Shown: in pieces, positions 58,260 through 64,000 of the stretch
Numbering within the stretch: position 1 is the first letter of the stretch
Layout of the letters: each line of letters begins with the position of its first letter
Virus record (IMG/VR): IMGVR_UViG_3300025096_003363
Coordinates: 34,843-98,842 of that record
Length of the DNA: 64,000 nucleotides
From: a virus
Direction: 5' to 3' (one strand)
Translations under genes and position numbers: made by a program
The notes under the pieces: generated by a model
Seen by the model: only the letters and a program-made list of their open reading frames with translations
Databases searched by the model: none
What the model was told of the DNA's origin: nothing

Positions 58260-58856
58260 ATGGCAGGTAAAAAGTTTGTTAATTTGCACGAGTCTTATAT
58301 GAGAAGATACCAACGCGGAGGTTTTCTTGTAGGTGACGTTTTTAAATTTAATGACGATTATCAATCAACTGATTGTTATAAATCATTACCGAAAAATACA
58401 AAAGAGTTACTCACAAAAATGATCGATTCAGGGCTCCATATTAGAGTCGTTGGAATAAAAGATACAGAACCTACGCGGTACCCTGCTAGTTCGCAGCAAT
58501 CATCTCTCGATGTAAATTTAGATATTGCACTCGATGAAGGAGGTGGGAGATATTCACATTATGTTACAGTTCCTGGTTTGTTAGGACAGTCTGTTGAATA
58601 TTACCCTAACCTTCTGCCTATACCAGATGCTCTAAAGAGACCTAGTAATGTAAACATCAAACCGGAAGAGGTTGTAGAGGATGAGGAAATGCTTTCCAAT
58701 AGATCTGATAGAGGTGGGACAGAGCCACATGAGCTCACACCAACAGAGAGATCTTTACCAAAGCAGAATACAGTAATTCCTAGTGATCCTGCTACCCCGT
58801 CGCCGGCGGTTACATCATACACAAACGAATATATGGCTGATCTTAAAAAAGCCTAA
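58260..58856 (+). CDS. Hypothetical late protein
   Basis: Start reassigned to ATG 58260 (TAAATA 58249-58254); KFVNLHE N-terminus. Confidence 0.65.
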   Translation: MAGKKFVNLHESYMRRYQRGGFLVGDVFKFNDDYQSTDCYKSLPKNTKELLTKMIDSGLHIRVVGIKDTEPTRYPASSQQSSLDVNLDIALDEGGGRYSHYVTVPGLLGQSVEYYPNLLPIPDALKRPSNVNIKPEEVVEDEEMLSNRSDRGGTEPHELTPTERSLPKQNTVIPSDPATPSPAVTSYTNEYMADLKKA

Positions 58857-59113
58857 ACGTCTCCGTTCTCGTCAATTTTTTGATCTTCGTAAAGACCTAC
58901 TACCGTTCTGTAGTATTCCTGTTTGCAACACTCTAGCGCGCCAATCATTTCATTATAATTTGCGTAATTTTCTCCCTGTGATCTAATATAATTATCTATA
59001 AAAACAGTAATTACGTAATTTAACTCACCTGCGTTTTTAGGGACAAAATTCAATCCGTATACTTCAAGAGCACCATCCACTAGTTGTCTTTGTTCTGGTT
59101 TAATGTAGGGCAT
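58853..59113 (-). CDS. Conserved phage hypothetical protein (MPYIK...GELNY family)
   Basis: MPYIK..QR, GELNY.IT, Y..YNE.IGALEC.K.EYYR and YED.KI.ENGDV. Confidence 0.75.
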   Translation of the reverse strand: MPYIKPEQRQLVDGALEVYGLNFVPKNAGELNYVITVFIDNYIRSQGENYANYNEMIGALECCKQEYYRTVVGLYEDQKIDENGDV

Positions 59114-60026
59114 TTTCTAAATTTACTAAACATGCAAATGCATTAATTTCTTTATCTACAACAAACGCGCTCTTATAGAGATGGTCTGCGATAATAGCAA
59201 TCGTTTCTTTCTTTTTAAGATCTTCGATATTTGAAGTATAGATAAAATCTAGATAATTAGCTAATAACGTGTCATAATCTCCTTGGAACCTATCTTCGTT
59301 TTCAATCAAATATCTCCTAGCTTCTAAACACTGCTTAGAGGCTATTTTTTTGTAAATCGTTTCGAGCAACTCGTTATCACTAACAACGCTAGTAATACAC
59401 AGCTCTGAATCAATGACGTTTTTTTGGAGCTCGTTAATGGTTTTCCGTAAATCGGGGAAGTGACGCTTGACAAGCTGTACGAACTTTTTCTTTTGCTCTT
59501 CCGGTACTTTAATATTTTCATTTTTTAGAATGGTGTAACATCTTTTAACTGCTAATTCGATAACAGGTTTAAAAGTTAATGACTGACATCTGGACTGTAC
59601 GGCTGGAATAATCTTATGCTTATAGTTCGCAGTAATAATAAACCTACAATACTTAGCATACGACTCCATTGTATTACGAAGCGCTGCTTGAGCTTGAGAT
59701 GTTAGACCATCTCCCTCATCTAAAATTACGACCTTAACCTTACCATCGAAAGATTTAGTTTGTGCAAAATTAGTAATACTGTGTCGAATAGTATCGATAC
59801 CAGACTCATCAGAAGCATTAATATAAAGGTAATTACACTTAAGAATGTCGTTAACAATAACTCTAGCAAGGGTGGTTTTACCAGTACCAGGATTACCAAC
59901 AAAAAGAAGATTAGGTATTTCATTTTTAAACTCTTTAACTACGCGTAATGTCTCTTGATCTAAGATAACATCATCTAGCGTTTGCGGGCGATATTTTTCG
60001 ACCCAAATTTTATCAAAATCAATCAT
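59100..60026 (-). CDS. gp44: Clamp loader AAA+ subunit gp44 (RFC-like)
   Basis: WVEKYRP, GNPGTGKTT, INASDE, ILDEGD, SRC and PDLRK. Confidence 0.92.
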   Translation of the reverse strand: MIDFDKIWVEKYRPQTLDDVILDQETLRVVKEFKNEIPNLLFVGNPGTGKTTLARVIVNDILKCNYLYINASDESGIDTIRHSITNFAQTKSFDGKVKVVILDEGDGLTSQAQAALRNTMESYAKYCRFIITANYKHKIIPAVQSRCQSLTFKPVIELAVKRCYTILKNENIKVPEEQKKKFVQLVKRHFPDLRKTINELQKNVIDSELCITSVVSDNELLETIYKKIASKQCLEARRYLIENEDRFQGDYDTLLANYLDFIYTSNIEDLKKKETIAIIADHLYKSAFVVDKEINAFACLVNLENALH

Positions 60027-60028
60027 AA

Positions 60029-60451
60029 TTATTTACCAGATGAACCAAACCCCTTTTCCCCGCGTTTTGATTCCATAATATTACCTTCACTTACCTCGAC
60101 ATTATAATTTTTATACACAACAAATTGAGCAATGCGATCTCCGGATTTAACCTTATAATCCTTATCAGTATTATTATATAACTTAATCCCAGCATCTCCA
60201 CGGTATCCTTGATCGATAATTCCAGGGTGCGGAATAATGCCATGTTTAAATCCAAGGCCTGAACGACCTTCCACCTTTATCCAAAACCCGTGATCAATGT
60301 ATGCAAATTTTAACCCTACATCAACGACAGCAGAGCCGCGCGCTGGTATTAACCTATCTTCAACGGAAGTTACATCTAAACCAGTATCTGAATCATGATT
60401 TTTAGACGGAATAACTGCATTTTCATTAGTTTTCTTAAACCTTACAATCAT
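60029..60451 (-). CDS. dut: Trimeric dUTPase
   Basis: GLDV, GRSGLG, GIIDQGYRG, RIAQ and RGEKGFGSSG. Confidence 0.95.
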   Translation of the reverse strand: MIVRFKKTNENAVIPSKNHDSDTGLDVTSVEDRLIPARGSAVVDVGLKFAYIDHGFWIKVEGRSGLGFKHGIIPHPGIIDQGYRGDAGIKLYNNTDKDYKVKSGDRIAQFVVYKNYNVEVSEGNIMESKRGEKGFGSSGK

Positions 60452-60457
60452 ATAACT

Positions 60458-60485
60458 ATAATAAGGTATGTTGTAAAAAATTCAA
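60458..60485 (-). promoter_or_regulatory. Sigma70-like promoter of dut-gp44
   Basis: TTGAAT-N16-TATTAT-N6-ATG on the minus strand. Confidence 0.55.
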
Positions 60486-60507
60486 GTGTAGATTAAATAT
60501 AGATGTA

Positions 60508-60951
60508 ATGGCTGATGAAGAGTTAGATGGAGCGGTGAATGATATTATTGCACAGATAAAAGGTAATAATAGTACCGTACGCGAAAAGCGCGAAGATATA
60601 ACTATAGATAAAGACAATTTAGAAGAGTTTATTATGAACTCTTCTGGAAAGCTTGTTAAAAAGTCTTTAGAACTTGTTGATAATGTTAATGATTACATTT
60701 CAACAGCTCCGGAGAATAGAGATGTTGCAGCATTGGCAGAAGTAATTAAAGCAACTGCAGGGTCTATTGATACATTACAAAAGCTTCACAGTTCTAACGA
60801 GAGAAACGAAACACAAAAGGAAGTTAAGAAAATGGATGTTGAATCTAAAGAGAGGATAAACATTACAGATAATCAGACTAGAGTGCTTCTCTCTCGTGAA
60901 GATATTATGCAAGCATTGGTTGATAGGGACGATGACGTTATTGATGTTTAA
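60508..60951 (+). CDS. Probable terminase small subunit (gp16-like)
   Basis: Size and pattern (APENRDVAALAEVIKA...IDTLQKL; NQTRVLLSREDIMQAL) resemble T4-like gp16; late TAAATA 8 nt upstream. Confidence 0.5.
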   Translation: MADEELDGAVNDIIAQIKGNNSTVREKREDITIDKDNLEEFIMNSSGKLVKKSLELVDNVNDYISTAPENRDVAALAEVIKATAGSIDTLQKLHSSNERNETQKEVKKMDVESKERINITDNQTRVLLSREDIMQALVDRDDDVIDV

Positions 60952-62264
60952 AAATCAAGCGCGTCGTCGCAAGTGTCTTTATCGTCGCAGATATCTTTTC
61001 CTCTATCTAAATATTCTTGAAACTCTTCCATAGTACCGAACGGCATCCATACTGTTTCGCCAGTACTTGTAAGATGTGTATGTGCACCAGATAAAGATCC
61101 GTTCGTTAGATCTAAAGTCTTTTGCGCGGCACTTAAAGGGTTGGTAAACGTAGTAACATTCAACACACCCGGGAAAGTACCGAGACCTTCAATTACCGGA
61201 TCAACTTGTGGCGACATTTGTGTACCTCCAATATTTGGATTCTCTCTCGGTTTCGACCCCGTTCCGCCCCGACCTGCAACTGTGTATAAATCAAACGAGC
61301 CTTCCCCGGTAGATATTGTAAGACCAAAATTTGGTATTGATGGACCGCAGCAACAACTACAACAAACCTCAACACATTCTTCTTCTAACTTTTCATTCCC
61401 TTGTTCGTCAAAGGCTTTTCTTAAGAGAAGGACAGATTTACAAACTGCTTCATTTTTTGTTTTTGATATATTTTGATTCGGGTCGAAAAAGTTTATATCT
61501 CTCTTGTAAGTAAATAATCTAAACGCATCCGGACCGAGGTAGCCCGCAACTAGTTGAATAATACTATTTGCAATGCCTTTTAATATGTTACCAAATTTAA
61601 CATCCTTAATCATTAGATTACCACACGCAACTGGCCCTGAACAGTAATCCCCGTTATATTCATTATTGACACGCTCTATAGAACGCCTGTCTATATACGG
61701 GTATGCACCATCGCTATATATTGCGCTTTCAGAGTTATAGTTAAAAACATCAGCGCATGTTGTCTGACAGATATTAAGATTCCTTCGTAAAAAAGCCGGC
61801 GTCTTTTTATATAAATTTATCGATATGTCTTCAGATGCACCGACATACACCGGTACATTGGCGTTTTGTTGAGTTGTATTAGCTAAGCATGCTAAAGTGT
61901 CCGGGGAGGGAAAAAAGCAATTTTCTTTACGACCTTGACCTCTATAAGGATTTTGCGCATACTGTACAACATAGTTTGTAAACGGTCCGTTATAAAGCTG
62001 CCTTATATAGTATAAAGCTGACTGTTCATCAATTTCTGGATTACCACGTATAAGATCATCAACAAATATTTGCAGCTGTCTTAGCCCTAATTGATATACT
62101 CTTTTAAATGATTGACACAGCTGTTTATCCTTATTTGTAAACTTATACCCTAATATTGGCCCTCTATTTTGTCCCCTGCAATCCCGTTCTACAAGGGAAT
62201 CAAATTGATCTTTAGTTAATTCTAAAGCTCTTAATGTTTCGATACTTTTGTTACATATAGCCAT
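60948..62264 (-). CDS. Cys-rich hypothetical protein in the baseplate operon
   Basis: 438 aa ORF; CVEVCCSCCCGP segment. Confidence 0.6.
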   Translation of the reverse strand: MAICNKSIETLRALELTKDQFDSLVERDCRGQNRGPILGYKFTNKDKQLCQSFKRVYQLGLRQLQIFVDDLIRGNPEIDEQSALYYIRQLYNGPFTNYVVQYAQNPYRGQGRKENCFFPSPDTLACLANTTQQNANVPVYVGASEDISINLYKKTPAFLRRNLNICQTTCADVFNYNSESAIYSDGAYPYIDRRSIERVNNEYNGDYCSGPVACGNLMIKDVKFGNILKGIANSIIQLVAGYLGPDAFRLFTYKRDINFFDPNQNISKTKNEAVCKSVLLLRKAFDEQGNEKLEEECVEVCCSCCCGPSIPNFGLTISTGEGSFDLYTVAGRGGTGSKPRENPNIGGTQMSPQVDPVIEGLGTFPGVLNVTTFTNPLSAAQKTLDLTNGSLSGAHTHLTSTGETVWMPFGTMEEFQEYLDRGKDICDDKDTCDDALDF

Positions 62265-62265
62265 T

Positions 62266-63645
62266 TTAAGTGTCTTCTATTTTAGAGTCGGGCCCCACAA
62301 ATGTTTTAACACATGAGATTACGTTAAAATACTTATCTTTTGTAAACAGGTGTCTTACCTTAGTTACAAACCACCTACCTAATAATTTTTTGTCTGCAAT
62401 TTCTTCTTTTTTGTTTCTCTTAAATACATCTATAAACTTACCAGCCTTTCTAGCTGTATCGCCAATATTATCAATAGCTAGCTGGAGGTTAAAAAAGGTT
62501 AAGTTAGAAACCATTTGAGCTTTTGCTATATTTCTTACATGCTCTTTTTTATATGGTAGAATAAAGGGCTTAAAAATATTACTCTTTGCTTCATTTAATG
62601 GTAGGAAGGGCTTCGGCACCCCACCAACACATTTAAAGACTTCGACAAACGACTTTGCCCATGCATCCTTAATAGTTTTAATTGTCATTAATTCTTTAAC
62701 TTCTATCCCCAGGTATTGGTTAGTTGTAGCTACTGAATAATTTGTAAAGAACTCGTTACTCCATGTTACCATCGGGGTGGTAAAGTTTGTATTCTTTAAC
62801 GCGTTAGTGTATTTATTAACCAGAACGCCCTCATCTATAGGGTTACTTTTAACTGTGCCGACATTCTCGACATTAGTCAAATCTCCAACACCAAATGCCT
62901 CTTGCGTCAACTCTGAGTTTTCACCAAATATTTTACTTATGGGCCGTAGTTGATATTTTTTATTTACCCTGTTAAAAGTAAGCATTCCTTGACAAGCTAG
63001 ATCACCATCGAGAAAATAATACAACCTAAGCAAATACTTGATTAGATCTGAATACCTAAATGATATTGGTGGGATAATATATTCCGGAAAGTTATCTATC
63101 ACCATGTCACCTGGCTCCCAGTTCTCATAGTCAATGCAATCAGGTCCAATAACTTCTTCTAATATTTCTTGAATGATAGTACCGATAGCAACATGCAGGC
63201 CACCGCGCCCGCCGCCGCCATATCTTTTACCATATGGAATTTGTTCATTTAACTTAAAATAGTTTTCTTCAATTAAAGTATACGTTTTAAAGTTATTAGT
63301 TCTATCTGTTTTAGATACACTATTACTCTCATTAGCAATTACAAAATCATATTCTAACTGAATTTCTTCTTTTGGTCTCTTATCTTCTGTATTGTATAAC
63401 GTTATACTAAACTTGTCCCTACCGTCTCCCCTTGTAAACACTGTGTTTTCAACAAAATCTAGAGGGTTATTAACTGTTACAGATGCACTAACAAATGGTT
63501 CAAAAAAGTTTTCTTCTAACTCAAAATGAACAACAGCAGATTTTGTAAATTGAATCTTACCTGGGCCTTCTGTACTCGGGCCTGTAAGATTGAATTTACA
63601 GTAAAAATCAGTCCCGTTAATAGGGAATATTGGTTCCGTTGCCAT
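62266..63645 (-). CDS. Probable baseplate hub protein (gp27-like)
   Basis: Follows gp53; C-terminal G.WFVTKVRH.F...YFN.I.CVK pattern typical of hub proteins. Confidence 0.55.
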   Translation of the reverse strand: MATEPIFPINGTDFYCKFNLTGPSTEGPGKIQFTKSAVVHFELEENFFEPFVSASVTVNNPLDFVENTVFTRGDGRDKFSITLYNTEDKRPKEEIQLEYDFVIANESNSVSKTDRTNNFKTYTLIEENYFKLNEQIPYGKRYGGGGRGGLHVAIGTIIQEILEEVIGPDCIDYENWEPGDMVIDNFPEYIIPPISFRYSDLIKYLLRLYYFLDGDLACQGMLTFNRVNKKYQLRPISKIFGENSELTQEAFGVGDLTNVENVGTVKSNPIDEGVLVNKYTNALKNTNFTTPMVTWSNEFFTNYSVATTNQYLGIEVKELMTIKTIKDAWAKSFVEVFKCVGGVPKPFLPLNEAKSNIFKPFILPYKKEHVRNIAKAQMVSNLTFFNLQLAIDNIGDTARKAGKFIDVFKRNKKEEIADKKLLGRWFVTKVRHLFTKDKYFNVISCVKTFVGPDSKIEDT

Positions 63646-64000
63646 TAGAAGTGTCTATTGCTGAAAGCAGTTGTATCAGTAATTTGCTGATAAATCAAAG
63701 CTCTATCAGTTTTCTTAATATACTTTAACTGCATACCACCTTCAGCATAAAATTTGTTTTTAAGAAGAGGTTTATTTAATAAGTATATCATCCACCAGCT
63801 TTCAATATCACCATATAGATTATAAGATGTTGTTGTCAATGGCTCTCTTGACTTTACAGTATACAAGTCAAGTAACATGGGATCTATATTATCTGGAAAT
63901 TCAATCTTATTAAGAATGTTATAAAAGTAAAACTGCTTACCATTTTTACCTTCTGTGTATATTCTAAATATTCTCTCATACCGCGTCAATGGAAGCGGTT
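63645..64000 (-). CDS. gp53: Baseplate wedge protein gp53-like, 5' end probably outside the window
   Basis: YTV...EP...SYNLYG....WWMI.LLN; frame stays open to the window edge. Confidence 0.75.
   Translation of the reverse strand, partial: PLPLTRYERIFRIYTEGKNGKQFYFYNILNKIEFPDNIDPMLLDLYTVKSREPLTTTSYNLYGDIESWWMIYLLNKPLLKNKFYAEGGMQLKYIKKTDRALIYQQITDTTAFSNRHF

Noticed and set aside
1-64000. Stop-codon reassignment
   Set aside because: Core genes are full length in the standard code, and TAA, TAG and TGA all end genes at expected positions
1-64000. Canonical tRNA or rRNA genes, integrase, transposase
   Set aside because: None recognised; intergenic space is too small except 18205-18470, which lacks a canonical cloverleaf

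Overview
AT-rich, very densely coding 64 kb segment of a large T4-like (myovirus-type) bacteriophage genome; the host cannot be determined from this window. The + strand mainly carries replication, recombination and transcription genes: uvsY, uvsW, gp55, gp47/46, gp43, hsp20, uvsX, gp41, gp32, gp45, rnh and gp61. The - strand carries a late cluster of probable head-packaged proteins (1-8 kb) and a long tail/baseplate block (32-58 kb and 61-64 kb: gp6, gp25, gp53, collar-domain fibres, a gp38-like adhesin, a lectin and a mucin-like protease), plus gp44 and dut. Accessory genes include folE, an atypical queC, a stand-alone class II glutamine amidotransferase, three glycosyltransferases and a degenerate DHH protein. 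Main observations: (1) a dispersed L-S-[A/G/S] tripeptide is heavily enriched in tail/baseplate proteins and nearly absent from replication proteins, alongside glycosyltransferases in late-gene context, which suggests a sequon-directed virion glycosylation system; (2) a translationally coupled nuclease / ligase-like / HIGH-nucleotidyltransferase module with capsid-targeting-like N-termini; (3) early and late promoters sit 5-9 nt from start codons, implying a largely leaderless transcriptome; (4) a ~170-nt structured RNA with a tRNA-like 3' end; (5) a possible 7-deazaguanine-type DNA modification, with CCGG enrichment. All assignments are by eye from motifs and synteny. No searches were run, and counts are manual and approximate.
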